Shown piece after piece: positions 1-13,423 of a stretch of DNA of 64,000 nt (within the stretch, counting starts at the first letter, position 1; each line of letters opens with the position of its first letter). The position numbers and the translations under genes were made by a program. Location of the stretch: contig OZ365118.1 in the NCBI GenBank assembly GCA_977030845.1, positions 19,158,001 to 19,222,000 on the forward strand, in the 5' to 3' direction. The notes beneath the pieces were generated by a model, which was given only the letters and a program-made list of their open reading frames with translations, ran no database searches and was not told the DNA's origin. This DNA comes from Fimbriosthenelais zetlandica (lineage: Eukaryota).

Positions 1-3000
1 CTTCCTGCGGGCGGGGAAGGCGAGGTAGGCAGATTGGCCAGTATTTCCCTCCTCCTTGACTCTCTCAGTGTCAACGACTGGAAGCTGTGAGCTTCTGTCA
101 GGAGAACGACTTAATACCAGGCGTTGACAATAATTGGCCTTCACAGGAGGGGTCAGTCTATAGGGGGGGGGGGGGGTAGGGGATCAGGGATCAACACTAC
201 CCATCTTCCCCCTCCCCCTATAACCCCCACTTCATCAACCACCTCCCACTACAACCAATATGGCTGCTCAGCCAATTTACTTATAGCACAAAGAATGCTG
301 CTGCCAAGACAGTGGATAGTAAAACAGAGGTGTTAATATAATACAAGGACAAGACAGCATTCACTTAGAATCAATAGAGGAAGAACTGGTATAAAACCTG
401 GTGGATATGTAAGATTATAATGACATGAGGTATAGGGCAGTGTAACGGGTATTGAGGGATGAAGGAGCAACTCATGGTGAAGGATGTCATATTCCACGAG
501 CATATAATGAAGAGCAATCAAAATGAAATGCTCTTTAGTGTAATGAGTGGGGGAGGCATTATTCTCCACAATACAGGTCGTTTATCACAGCTATACAGGC
601 AGCTTATAATAACCACCCATCCACACCAGGCCCAGACAACCAGATAAACCTCAAATCCAATCTCACTCCATGAAAATGACAAAATGGATGACATTACAAA
701 TGGAATATTCACAGCTTCATGTATATCTAATAGCACGGCCGACCGAGTGCTTGATTTACCGGCAAAAAAGTGACAACAGTCGCCTTCCACATACACCCCA
801 CAAAGTGCATTCAAACTATCAGCACATTTACATTCCATTTTTATCACTTTCCAGGAAGGAAAATTCAAATTTAATGAGGGTTGTGTGTTTGGTATATCTA
901 TTGACAGTATGATACATTGACCATGGAGAGAATGATCGGTTTTTGAGGGAGTTTTGTGGATTCTATTAGTTGATGATTTGTATCCACCACAAAACCAACA
1001 GATGGCATTGTAGGAGGGGAGAGATGTATGGGAAGACCATTAAGCCGAGGCTATACCTACCACAGCTTGATGATTGCCTCGTGTCGGAAGGGGAATGCAG
1101 TGCTAGGGGTGGGGGTGGTGGTAGGGGGCTGGGGGTAGCGGGCTGGGGTGGTGGTAGGGGGCTGGGGGTGGGGAGATGCTGCCTAAGGAGCCCTGGGGTG
1201 GAAGAAAGCGGTGCGTAGCTTGGTAGAGGAGATAGTGGCTGGGCCTCTCCGGGGGGAAATCATGGCTAGTCGGGGAGTATGTGGTGGTGGGTATTGAGGC
1301 TTCATTGAGGCAGGCAGGCCCGGGTATCACCCTCCAACACGCGCTGTCTTTTAACCAGATTGGACAGGTTGAGGAATTATGGAGCACTCGGCGAGGCGAC
1401 CACCTCCCGCTAATTGAATGGGTCGCCTTTGTTTAGCACGGCATCTAGCCAATATGTCGCCCAGCGGAAAGATAAGTCGACACCAAGGTATTTGACACAG
1501 AATGACTGGCCTAAACACGACTCATAGGTCCATGTATAGAGGGTCATCAGGCGTTAGATGAAGCATTAGTGGCGGTATAAGAGATGACCATACCCACACA
1601 GGGTCAGTCATAAACCCTCACATTGACGGGCGGATCATGGTGGGTCAATGAACATTTCCTCACCAATATTAGCCTGGCTAAAACAACCATTCCCATATAC
1701 TACTCATTGTGCTTCAATGGTAGTGGCTTCCTTCTGGGCAATTCCACTATTAAGCTGGATTCATTGCAAGGAGTGCCCGGAGACAGTTAGCACGGTGCAA
1801 TATAGTTAAAACGGCATGTAGGGGAAGATATATGACGGTCTGATGTCCAGTCTAGGTCCGGGGAGAGGAGGAGGCACAATAAGTGGGCTGGGTATGACAG
1901 GAAGACTGGACAAAGGCAGGGGAGAGGAGGCGGGGGGCGGGGGGTGGATTTATACTCCCAGGAGAGGTGGTCAGACAAAGGCTTCTCAGTTGGCCTTGTA
2001 ATTTGTGAGGGATATATCTGGTATTGGTCTTCCCCCCGTCTCTCTCCTCCTGCTTCCAGCCTCCGCCACCAGGAGGAACCGTGGAGTAAACCAATACAAT
2101 TACCAAATGACAGGCATGCATCTCACCACCAAGCTCTGATCAAAAAGCTGCCTGGGGCCATCACTGCCAATCCTAGAAAGACATTCCACAACCACGGCAG
2201 ATCTCCCCTTAAACCGGCGAGCTTCATTAGACCCGACACGCGCCTAGTCATTCTAACAACTCAAAGCCGGGGTCATTCCTTACAAGCTCAACAGGTTATT
2301 ATAGCCATAGTCCATGATGACATAGCTACACATATATATGACACATATATACTGTACAACACATCGATATCTAATGTAGGAAATGGAGCCACATTTCAAA
2401 GGTGGAGAATTCCCCAGTTATACATTTTTAAAGAAGTCTTTTTCATCCTCGTATTGCGTCTAATGCAGGCAATGAATGAGGAGCATTACTAGGGCAGGGG
2501 AAGTTACTTATGGTCGGCAACGGTGGTCTGCTATAGAAGACGGCAGCAGAAGCACAAAGGAAATGGGAAGCATGGTGATAAGGGGGTGGAGTGGGTTGGG
2601 GAGGGGGGGGAGGGGGGTGAGGGGACTGGGGATCGATGTCTCGCCTGCCTCAGTGAAGCAGGTAGCGAGCGGTAGACATATCGCCGGAGGGGGAAGGGAT
2701 CAGGGATGGTTTCCCTTTGGAGAACCAGCAGAAGGCAATTACCAAGAGCTACATGGTGTTTGGATCAAGATCAATAAATCAGAATGAACAAGAAATGTAT
2801 GTGCTAAACATACAATGTTACTCCTACTATGAGACGGAGCAGGGGGGCAATTAAAACATTAATAACGTTAATAAGGCTCCTTACCCTACACAAGACTGTG
2901 TCTATTCTGGGATGGATTTAGGAAATTCTAATTCAACTCTTGCATGTTTTTTCTTCTGGGAGATTCTCTCTTTCCTGAATTTAATATATTTATTTTTATT

Positions 3001-6000
3001 TGTGTGCTCTTCAATCACTGAGCCAGACGGGCCGTGCTGACGTAAGCGTTAATACTATGCGGAGAAAGAGCGCAATTGCTGCATTGTTCTCTGCTGGCCA
3101 TTTATGTGAGACGGTGAGACTTAGTGGGTCCCTGGGGGGAATAGAAGGGAGAGAGAGAGGGGAGAGGAAGGGGGAGGGGGGCTCTATAGACATGCCTACT
3201 GGAGCAGACTGTGTAATTTGGGCAGAGAGATAATGATATGATTGAGAGATGAGCAGTCATATATATACATGAGGCACATAGAAGCCATAAGACATATATG
3301 CACGTATTGCTCAAGAGTTGCTCACTGAATCAGCAGAAATTCAAGCTCCACATGGAAATCCTCCCACGTCACATAAAAGTAATCTAATACCAGAAGCTAG
3401 AAAAATAGACTGCAATATAGAGACACATCCATGGGCCGACTTTATATGGAAACTGAACATTCTTCTATAAAGATTTCCAATCTGATATTAAAAATGTGTC
3501 AAGGGCGATGTAATAAGTCTATTTCTGACCCAAGCAGAGCCAGTTTGAGCCTAATTTGCCCAATTCACTATGGCTGCATATCTGTAATAGGATAAACGCA
3601 CAGCTCAGCACGGAACTCTTCAAAAGTCTACCGGTGAGTTTTATGAGGGCCATTTTGTCGGTTTTACGGGCGGTGTGACAGATTCTCACCAATACATTAT
3701 GCCGGGCTCAGTCTTGTCGCATGGCGAGGCCGACCCTCGGAGCAATCCAGTCCACCAGTACATTAACTTGACGGACATCTAAATGTCAAGCCTGTACTCA
3801 TATGGCCAGGCATAGACTGGACTGGCTTCACTATAGCAACTCTATAAATCCACTCCTAGAAGACATCTCACTTCAAACAGAAAACAGACTTTAAATCTTC
3901 TTAAAAATGGAATAAATCAATTCATAATACTAATACATCTGTATGGTAGTGAGAGGGAGATGGGAAGCAGTGAATGATGTATCCTTGTAGCCGCACATTA
4001 AAGTAGAAGGGGTAAACTATTAGCACCACTTGTAATGAATGTTTGATTGGTGCGGACTTTAACAGAACACCGGGCGGTTAGCGCGGCCATTGATTTACTA
4101 TTCACGGTAATGGTGAGCTGGCATGATGGATGGCTCCGGGCTCGAGCAGGACAACTATTCATGGAAACTCAATGGGTGTGAAATGCTCGGCTTATAAATC
4201 AAAATACTCTAACAACTGTCACAGGTCAGCCCCTGGTTAACCCTATGATATATATCTTCAGACCTCAGATTATATCTTTTATTACATTTACATCTCATTA
4301 TTTATTCATCATTTTTTCAAAACTTTTATGTCGATGATTTACTTCTGTAAAGGGACAATTGCACCATTAAACTTTCAGTTCTGATTTGTTACTCAGTGCA
4401 TGTTTTGATTGATTTTAAATTTTGAATCCTTTAGCGGGCTAAACATGAGTTAAACCTCAACAAGTTCAGCTAGATTATAGTTAATAGTGGGTAGAACATT
4501 TCTAAATGTTTTGATTCGGAATATTCTAAATTGTATAACCCTTGGCTCTCTACTAAACATATTGGAGACATTAGTTGGCAGTGTAAAATGTTGAACATAC
4601 AAGTATAATATGAATACACTAGTAGAGATTCAGAGTCTCCCTCTCGGGGGGTTGGCGGTTTGTTAATGATACAAGCGTCGAGTGAAGATAGAGGGAATAT
4701 TACACGGCAGGCAGATGGCGGGCAAATTGGTGGTAAGCCTCGACACAGCCTCGACATAGCCCTATAATGGAGAACAATATGTGAGGAATACCAGACACAC
4801 CGTCCACAGGGCGTGGTCGTAAATATTGACAAGGAAGAAAGTCCATCAAGTCAGTGTCAAGGCAGGGCCTGTCTGAAGAGGCAGTCACTGGCTGAGAAGG
4901 CAGTATTAAAGGCTATTTGTTTCAGAAGACATTAATATAGTCTTTCCTTGAACATTGTCCTGCCTGTAAACAATAGTCCTTGATGACAGACCTGAGGCAC
5001 ATCTAGAGATGGGCTTCATCTAGTGAAGGCTTGAACCTCGCACCTCTCACAGATTGCTGAGTAACAAGGTTTTTTCTTGCTGTTTTTCTGAAGGTCCAAA
5101 CCTGATATGATTGCATCGTAAAATATAATAAGTTTTCCCTATCTATGCTCTGATTTTTTGGGGGGAAATGCTCAGAGTAGAAATATATGCCCATAAGACC
5201 GATACAGATTTGTGCCTTTATTTTCTTCCACATGGAGTATATATACATTCCTGTTTACATTGTTGAAGTAAGGCTAATATGAGTGGAGCCTGGAGCTAAC
5301 ATTTTGCCCGCTAAATGTGCCCCGCTTCTAAACAAAGGTAGAATTAATAGGGCAGGCAGGCAGTAAGCCGGGCCAGGCGGAAACAAGCACTCTATTACCA
5401 TCCCTCTCCTCCAGGCTGCGAGCCGGGGAGCTGCAAGGCCAATGGATCCGGGAAAAGGCCAAGGGTCATGGGATTAGAAATGTATAGTAAACTATTATAA
5501 CACTGAGTAAAGGAGTGAGTAAATCAGCGAGTAGCTCAATGGTACTGAGCTGACATGAGAAGGGTGAAAGAATTCACATACAAGTGAGCAATTGATTAGC
5601 CAATTATATCAGTAAATGAGTGACTCATTAATTGTTAATCAATCAATCAATGAATCCATATGTAGCTCAGCTTGAGTTAATGAGTGAGTATATGGATGTA
5701 CAAGGTTATATAAGGAGTTGAAGGACAGAGAGGTGTAGAGCTGGTATGCTGATAATGGTCTGTCCTTGACTGGGGACTGATTATTCACGCTATATGAGTA
5801 CGCGTGTCATACAGATGGTCATATAGAATACACGCGTGTATCAAGTACTATATGACATGCTAACCATGTCAACCATGACGCACGTCATCCACACCCTCAC
5901 CCCTTACAGGTACAGGCGACCTACTTTACATGTACTGCCCGGGCCATAATGAATAGTAATCAACAATATTCTTAAAAATGCAGCTTCAAGATATTCAGAT

Positions 6001-8200
6001 TGGTCCACATTTTTTCTAGAAAGGCAATTGGACAAGCAAACATCAATGAAGAGAGATTTGCCTTCATTTTCCAACAATAAATACCTTGAGGAGTTGCTTT
6101 ATGATTATTATGGTATAAGAGCTATTCTTTACCTATTGGTATACATATACCGCTTGCCCCTCATAAAGGGGTGAGCTATCTATGCATGAGATATGCTTGT
6201 GTCGCCCCAGTGGGGTAGCTCCCATATATATGTAGCATCATTAATGTTTCATATAATAACATATACATGTCCGGGATATATATCTGACCCTTCAGATAGC
6301 CATCAGCCTGGAGTTAGTGAGAACATACACCATACAGTAGTAGTAATGTAGTATGCAGCCTGGCGCCTGGCACGCTGTGCCTATTGAATAACATGTATGT
6401 AGAATGCCGGGCACGTTGCCTTGCCTTGCCTGTTGTTGGGGGAAGCCTCGTCAGGCTAACAATGGTAGGAGTAGAGAGGTAAATGCCATCTCTGTGAAAC
6501 CAGGTCCCTTCAGGTGTTTCCCACCAGTTATTTCTCATTTGTTACCAGGACCACATCCTGCAATGTCTTCCTGGTCTGACACGGCCAGATATGGTGAATT
6601 TGTGAACGACTAGAATATGAAGGAAGGTTGAAGAGAGAGACAGAGAAACAGAGGCAGACAGACAGAGACAGAGATACATTGGGACCAGGAAGGACAGGGG
6701 AAGGAGAGAAGAAAAGATTTGAAAAGGGAAAGGCGACAGTCAGAAAGAAGGAAGACATGTTAGCTTTGAAGGCAGGTGGTTAGAAAAGGAGTAGAAGAGC
6801 TAGATGAAGAAAGGTAGAGGTTTATATATGGTGTAAAGTTGGGGGGTGTCTGGAGAATGGCTGGAGGGGATGGGGAATGTAATGAGTATACGGCATCAAG
6901 GAGAAGACGGCGGACGCCTTAACATCATGTTAACAAGTCGAGCAGCTCCCGATCTGTGAGCATCTCAAGTTTAAAGCCCTGAGGGGAGAGGAGCAGGAGA
7001 GAGGAAGTCTCACAGCTGAGTGGGCAGCATGTGGGCTGCGGCTTCATACCTCTAATACCTATTACAGGCCTATATTTACCACAGCCTCATTAGAAACATT
7101 GGTAGGGAAAGAAAGGGAGGCAGGGAGAGACAATTAACAAATGGTGAAATGAATTAAGGCGGCAGGCAGGGAGCTTAATGGTGAAGCAATGAGATTACAG
7201 AATGAAATAATGCTGGGCTCTTCCCTCTTTCCCTCACCATTCCCAGGTTGTAAGCCATGTTTCAAACCAAACTGATTGTCTATTGGGTCAGTTAACACGA
7301 CCAACTGGCAAAGATCCAGAGGTGGGAATTTGGGTGTAAGCCAGTACCCATTAGTGTAAAAATTGGTGAGCAACTTGGCTTAGTACAACACCAGCCTAAC
7401 GGTTCATTTATAGGCCTCAGGCTTCCATGATTCAATAGAGAAAAGGCAAGGCTTGGTAGAGTAGAAGGAAATATAAAATGACTGATCAGGTTGTTTGTAC
7501 TTCATCAACATCTACTAGTGTACACACAGGGCTCCGGATTCACAATCACTCGTCCTATAGGTGTAACATACAGGCCTAGTCTTCTCTCAAATCTTCATTG
7601 TCATTCTTTTAACCTGATCCACAATAAGAAAGTATTTTTCCAGATTTTAATTTTCTCAAATTCGGAAAGACAGACGAGCACAGGGGAGGTCCTGGCCACT
7701 GTTAATCAGGGAGGTTTTTATTCTCCAAATGCATTTGCCATGAATCAACAAATATGGTTTCAAGTGATTTAAATAAAGAGAGTTTTGAGAAGGGTTTAAT
7801 ATTTCTGACGCCAGTTCGGGAATAATATTTCATCTCTTTGCCGTGGTGACGCAATCCTTCATGTGATTCCCAGACCTGCCTTTGTTTAAAGTGTTTTATC
7901 TAAAAAAAAAAAGATTTTGAAGGGCTGTGCTGGGTGTAGCATGCTATGAGGTGGTCTGCTGGTAGGACTTGTAGTGTTTTGTCTGGGCTCTAGGCTGGGG
8001 AGGATGTTTATATTGGTTTAACATGTCTATATGTGGGATCAGAACCATAAAGAGAAGATTAAACATCTGCTGTGTGGCGGCCACCACCGCCCCAGGCTAC
8101 TGACTGAGACACAGGCTGGGTCACACTCAAGGTGAGATGTATCTCCACATTACTACAATTATAAACACTACCTCACACAGGACATTCATTAATCCATAGA

Positions 8201-8368
8201 TAGGTCAAATACAGGGGTTTATATGAGTGAAATACAGGGCTTTATACAGGTCAAATACAGGGCTTTATACAGGTCAGTCATACATGGGTTTATATAGGTC
8301 AGTCATACAGGGGTTTATATAGGTCAAATACAGGGGTTTATATAGGTCATTCATACAGGGCTTTATAT
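8201..8368. repeat. Minisatellite, ~22/25-bp units (aggtcaaatacagggctttatat-like)
   Basis: About 7 diverged tandem copies visible. Confidence 0.9.
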
Positions 8369-8660
8369 AAATAAATAAGATCAAATGTTTAATATCATAA
8401 TTTATGAGCATTGTTTCAGTATCATTTTTAATAAAACATTCTATCGCTGTGTCCTGACATCAGCTTTCACGTAGTCTCTCACTCAGACTGAATCAAACTC
8501 GCCATGGTGACGACTTTTATTTGTTTTTCTTTTCTATATATTTTTAATACATGACCCAGCACTCGGGTTGACGTGTGTGCTGTTTAAATACTGGTCATGA
8601 TGTTTTCCATGTCAGAGTGGTGTAGGATAACCTAGGGCAGCCTCTATTATATCAAACTAA

Positions 8661-8837
8661 CTATTTAGCTCGGCTAGTAAGCTGGCAGGCTGGCTCCGTG
8701 CAGCCAGACAAGTGTTTCGCTAAATTTGTTTTTGGCAAGCTTTGCGTGGCCTTCTCAGCTGGCTTTTTGGACTCGCTTCTGTCCCACCAATCTGGCATAA
8801 AACAATGACCAAAAAATAACTTCGGCCCTATCATTTC
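8661..8837 (-). CDS. Candidate alternative terminal exon of AFF (EMIGPK...SRAK*)
   Basis: Good acceptor, phase 0, starts with EM as expected after VEKILE, 58 codons then TAG, and AATAAA at 8521-8516. Confidence 0.4.
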   Translation of the reverse strand, partial: EMIGPKLFFGHCFMPDWWDRSESKKPAEKATQSLPKTNLAKHLSGCTEPACQLTSRAK

Positions 8838-11800
8838 CTGAAAATGTGGCTTAAAATGAAAGCAAAACAGGCCTGTGCCTCTTTTTGTTCCAACTACAAA
8901 GCGAGGGATAACTCCCCAATCCAACCTAAGTGGTCTTAAAATGACAAAACATTCTTTCAATAGTAAAGTTCTACAGTTGGGACACTTGTATTATATGGAG
9001 CAGTATTGTAGTGGATGGTATATATTAGAACATTTCACTAAAACACCCTGCAGGCAAAGCTATCAACGATCATCAATCAACATTAAGGTGGAATGATTAT
9101 TAAGCTGAACTAGTGATTCATTCAGTGTAAGCCATTGATTAATAGACCTGTAAAATGACACTTGACATTCAGAACTACAGAATAGGGGGGTGTGACATTT
9201 GTTGTTTTTATGTCTCCTATGGTTACAGATCAGCAGCAGAATGCATTAAGCTATTAGAGAGATATGTTAAGTAATAACTTGTGTATTTGTGGGAGCAGGT
9301 AAGGGGGTAGTATTCCTGAGATTTGGGTCACCTGGAATAGGCTCCCAGGGGGAGAATGTACTCGTGGTTTGACAAGGTTCCGCCTTCTTTCTGCCCTCAC
9401 CTGGCACACTCTAGCAGCCTGGTCGCATGTCACTCACCCAGCTCGTGGCTCCAGTCAGTGAACAGACACAAAGTGAGACGAAACAGTGAAATGGTGACCT
9501 TTAACTGTCTCACTCTCGTGGAGAATGGGCCGGTAAACATGCCTCCTCCCCTTCAGGGGTAATTTAATATAGCTGAACAAAATACCCACCCCTCAAGGTG
9601 GCTTAATATGACTCTTAATGCACCGCTCTATAGTCCACAAGCAATGCTGGGTGTTTTTTTAAATATATTATTTCATTTTTTCATCTCTTATTCTCATGTA
9701 GTCGGGGAAGTGAAATTGAAACTTTCAAGTGGTTAGTTTTTGTTCATCAGAGAAATGAATTAATGCCAGTTGTAACTGTTTGAAAAAGCAGCGGTGGGTG
9801 TGGGTGAGGGGGAGCATTAAGATTGTAATTGATTACTGTGAGTGCAGGTGATCATTATGATCATTCACCATGGACGTGACCAAGGAACATGCCACTCCTC
9901 GCCTCACATTTTAAGACTGACATTTTTTATTTCTAAATTCATCTCTGGCAGGAGAATAAAATGGCAAGTGGTAAATAAGGCTGAGCTGAGAGATGAAGGG
10001 AGTGGGGGGTGGGGGGGGGGGGGGGGTGAATGGGTTATGGTCATTTGGACCTGTTGTCTGTAGACTTGAAGGTCTCAACATGGACATATTGTCACGTCAT
10101 GTCATTAATCATATAGCCTGACCTCTCTCTCCCCTCACACTCCCCCCTCCCTCCATGTCACTCCCAGGCTTTCTTTGTTGTACATGGAGTACAGGTATGA
10201 TGACTGCCATCAGCCGCACCCATTAAAACATTCACATCAAATATTCTTATTCACCATTCTTAATATTTAGAGATCAATTCTGAGGCCTTAAATTTGGATG
10301 AAGTCTGTGTCATGCAGTAATTGTCATTGAAGCAGATGTAGGTGTGAGAGTAGCATACAGGTATGTGACCATCGTTACAGTGCTTGTAACGTGATGTGTT
10401 CAGATGTAATTCCACTCTCCTCTGTAGAGGCCCCTGGCCAACAGACAATCTAGTTTTTCCTCTGAAAGCAAGACTGCCTCATGCGGTAATATCCCTCAAG
10501 ATACAGAGAACATAGAGATGTTCAAAGACATCCTTCAGTGGAGAGGGATAAATATAGGTCTCTGTCTCCGCCTGGCGTGAATGTATCATATATATTGTTT
10601 CTTTTAATGTCGTGAATCAAGAGAATGGAGTGTTGAGAGTTTGAGGGAGATATTAGCCATTAGACTGCGACGCCTTAGGTTACAAACAGGTGAAAGTGGA
10701 GAGAAGGTAGAGGAGACATCCCTCTGTGGTGTCACATGATATGACTGATCTCCCCGGGCTCTCTCTCAATGATATCCCCCAATTTCAACCTACTTATGAG
10801 TCAAAATTATTGTTTTTGTAAAAGGACTCATGACGCCCGGCAACAGATACTTTGTCAAAGGCATTTTTTAATCAAAACACTATTTTTTAGGGGGTTCATT
10901 TTGGCTTGACTTTTAATCCCTACCGTGCCCTCTCTAGTCTCAGCCATGCTCTCTCTGTCTCATTCTCTACCATGCTCTCCCTGTCTCATTCTCTACCATG
11001 ATCTCTTCCTTCTAGGCTCCAGCAGGGGGAAGCAGTGAGTGAGTGTAGAAGTGGGTCAGGTCATCAAGGCCTCGTCTACTGATCCAGGAGTCATTATTAG
11101 TAGAGAGATGACTTAGACAAGATGAAACCACACAACCATCCTACTGATCATAACCTTCATTACCATCATTAAACAGTATAATAAACACACAGGGGGTCCA
11201 TCGAGAATCCACAAACACCCCCGCTTGCTTTTCCAAAATGTGTGAATATAATTTTTCTTCTCATAATTGATTAGATTATTTGTAACCACAACTATGTATC
11301 CGACTTATAGGTCATTGCACAACAACTGAACAATGCTTTACCCGATGGTTGTGCAATGAGGCAGGCTTACATTTATGTCTTCCCATTCATTGACCTGGCT
11401 TGTCTGAGTAAGATGTTGTGTAATGGTGTATTTGGTTCTGGTTGGAGCCAGTCAGACAGTGGTATGGTTAACATGAGGAAATCTATGACATCATAAAGTA
11501 TGGGATCAACTGGGGACAACCCACATGTACAAAGGTCTAATTAAAACCTACAACCCACCCACTCACCCCGCCAGGCATTCTGGCTCTTCTCTACTTGGAA
11601 TTTACCTTTAAATAGTGGGTCTTCTTTCTCTACTTGGAATTCAGCTTTAAATAGAACTTAATGACCAATACTAATGTATTTCAAACAGAAGGCTATTAAT
11701 ATTCTTCTCAGAATCATGAAAAAAACTTGGTACTTCCCAGAAAGAATATTTCAATCATTTACAGAGCCCTGGGAATTGAAATATGAACTGTGGAATTAGA

Positions 11801-11882
11801 ATACTTTATATTTTTACCACAAGTGATGGAAAAGACATCAATTTTCCACTAATTCCGTGTCATTGGATCAGTGGACTGAGCC

Positions 11883-12036
11883 TGTATTCATAAAGCTAAT
11901 GAGAAGAATGAGAGACAGTAGACATATAAAGACATTGTATTCATAAAGCTAATGAGAAGAATGAGAGACAGTAGACATATAAAGACATTGTATTCATAAA
12001 CCTAATGAGAAGAATGAGAGACAGTAGACATATAAA
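11883..12036. repeat. 53-bp tandem repeat, ~3 copies
   Basis: tgtattcataaagctaatgagaagaatgagagacagtagacatataaagacat repeated at 11883, 11936 and 11989. Confidence 0.95.
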
Positions 12037-12267
12037 CAAGCAGCGAGGATGATGGCATTAGATGATCATTAGACAGGGGATCAAAAGGTGGCTCCACTAA
12101 CATGACACTTCACAAGTGGAGGTCTTAATCAGAGTCTAGTTAATTAGAGCGGTCATTATGTGGTCTGGTTATAACAGATTCTCTCATCATTGTAATGGAG
12201 GCTTCTGATCCCGCCCTGCTACCATTATCCTCACAATGTCAAATATAAACAAGATGGCATTATTTAC

Positions 12268-12309
12268 CTCCAGGATCTTCTCCACGGACAGGGCCGACTG
12301 CCCATGAGT
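12268..12309 (-). CDS. AFF4: AFF/lilli 42-nt coding exon 4 (THGQSALSVEKILE)
   Basis: Long pyrimidine tract + cag acceptor, GAG|GTAAAT donor, phase 0/0. SVEKILE matches the AFF CVDEILKE motif. The expected next exon (EM...PPLTAI.TP) was not found in 1-12267, so the gene continues beyond the window. Confidence 0.85.
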
Positions 12310-12769
12310 CTGAAACGACAAAAAAGACAAAACAAGATGATTAGCAAAGTGCTGGGTTTATACTTTCACACAATGGAGGGCATCAGTTGGCAGATAGAAT
12401 AGGAGGGAGCGAGTAATGGAAACTTACAATAGTTCATTCTACTGACGGTCGGCTGGAGTGTTATCAAGGGGCCGACCGAGCAGCAATAAGCTCAAAAAAA
12501 TAATCAATACCAAGCAGAGAATGGGCAGGAGGAGGCAGGAGTAGTGGTGGTGGGTGGTGGTGCGGGGGTGGGGGCTGAGGGTGGTGGTGGTGCTCACGGT
12601 GGTGGTGTGGTGGGTGTGTTGGTAAACCCCACCACATTGCCTGGTGGTGCTGGAATGGTCGGTGAATAATTCATCTGAGTCCACGAGGCACGCTTTGCTT
12701 CATGTTCATTGTCACAACTCTAACCGCAAGATGCTTTATTTAATCCATATTTGGCCTCAACACCAAAAA

Positions 12770-13173
12770 GCAGCATAGAGACAGGGTGCTATTAGATGTA
12801 TAGCAGCATAGAGACAGGGTGCTATAGCACCATAGAGACAGGGTGCTATTAGATGTATAGCAGCATACAGACAGGGTGCTATAGCAGCATAGAGACAGGG
12901 TGCTATTAGATGTATAGCAGCATAGAGACAGGGTGCTATAGCACCATAGAGACAGGGTGCTATTAGATGTATAGCAGCATAGAGACAGGGTGCTATAGCA
13001 GCATAGAGACAGGGTGCTATTAGATGTATAGCAGCATACAGACAGGGTGCTATAGCAGCATAGAGACAGGGTGCTATTAGATGTATAGCAGCATACAGAC
13101 AGGGTGCTATTAGATGTATAGCAGCATACAGACAGGGTGCTATTAGATGTATAGCAGCATACAGACAGGGTGC
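12770..13173. repeat. Minisatellite of mixed 33-bp and 21-bp units
   Basis: gcagcatagagacagggtgctata core with an optional 12-bp ttagatgtatag-type insert. Confidence 0.95.
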
Positions 13174-13223
13174 AGGGTGGGGATGATGTAAGGGAGTCAG
13201 AACAATGAAAGGTACAGAATGTT

Positions 13224-13423
13224 GGGTGGTGGAGGGATGGGTAGATTATTAGGGTGGGATGGGGTGGTGGTGGGATGGGTAGATGTATTAGGGTGGGATG
13301 GGGTGGTGGTGGGATGGGTAGATGTATTAGGGTGGGATGGGGTGGTGGTGGGATGGGTAGATGTATTAGGGTGGGATGGGGTGGTGGTGGGATGGGTAGA
13401 TGTATTAGGGTGGGTTGGGGTGG
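13224..13423. repeat. G-rich 39-bp minisatellite, ~5 copies
   Basis: gggatgggtagatgtattagggtgggatggggtggtggt tandem units. Confidence 0.95.

Noticed and set aside
1944-2492. 182-codon plus-strand ORF
   Set aside because: GTG start, no recognisable domain or splice context, antisense within an AFF intron.
6546-6609. 64-nt minus-strand pseudo-exon after a GA-rich tract
   Set aside because: The pyrimidine tract comes from a microsatellite-like run and the peptide has no AFF similarity.
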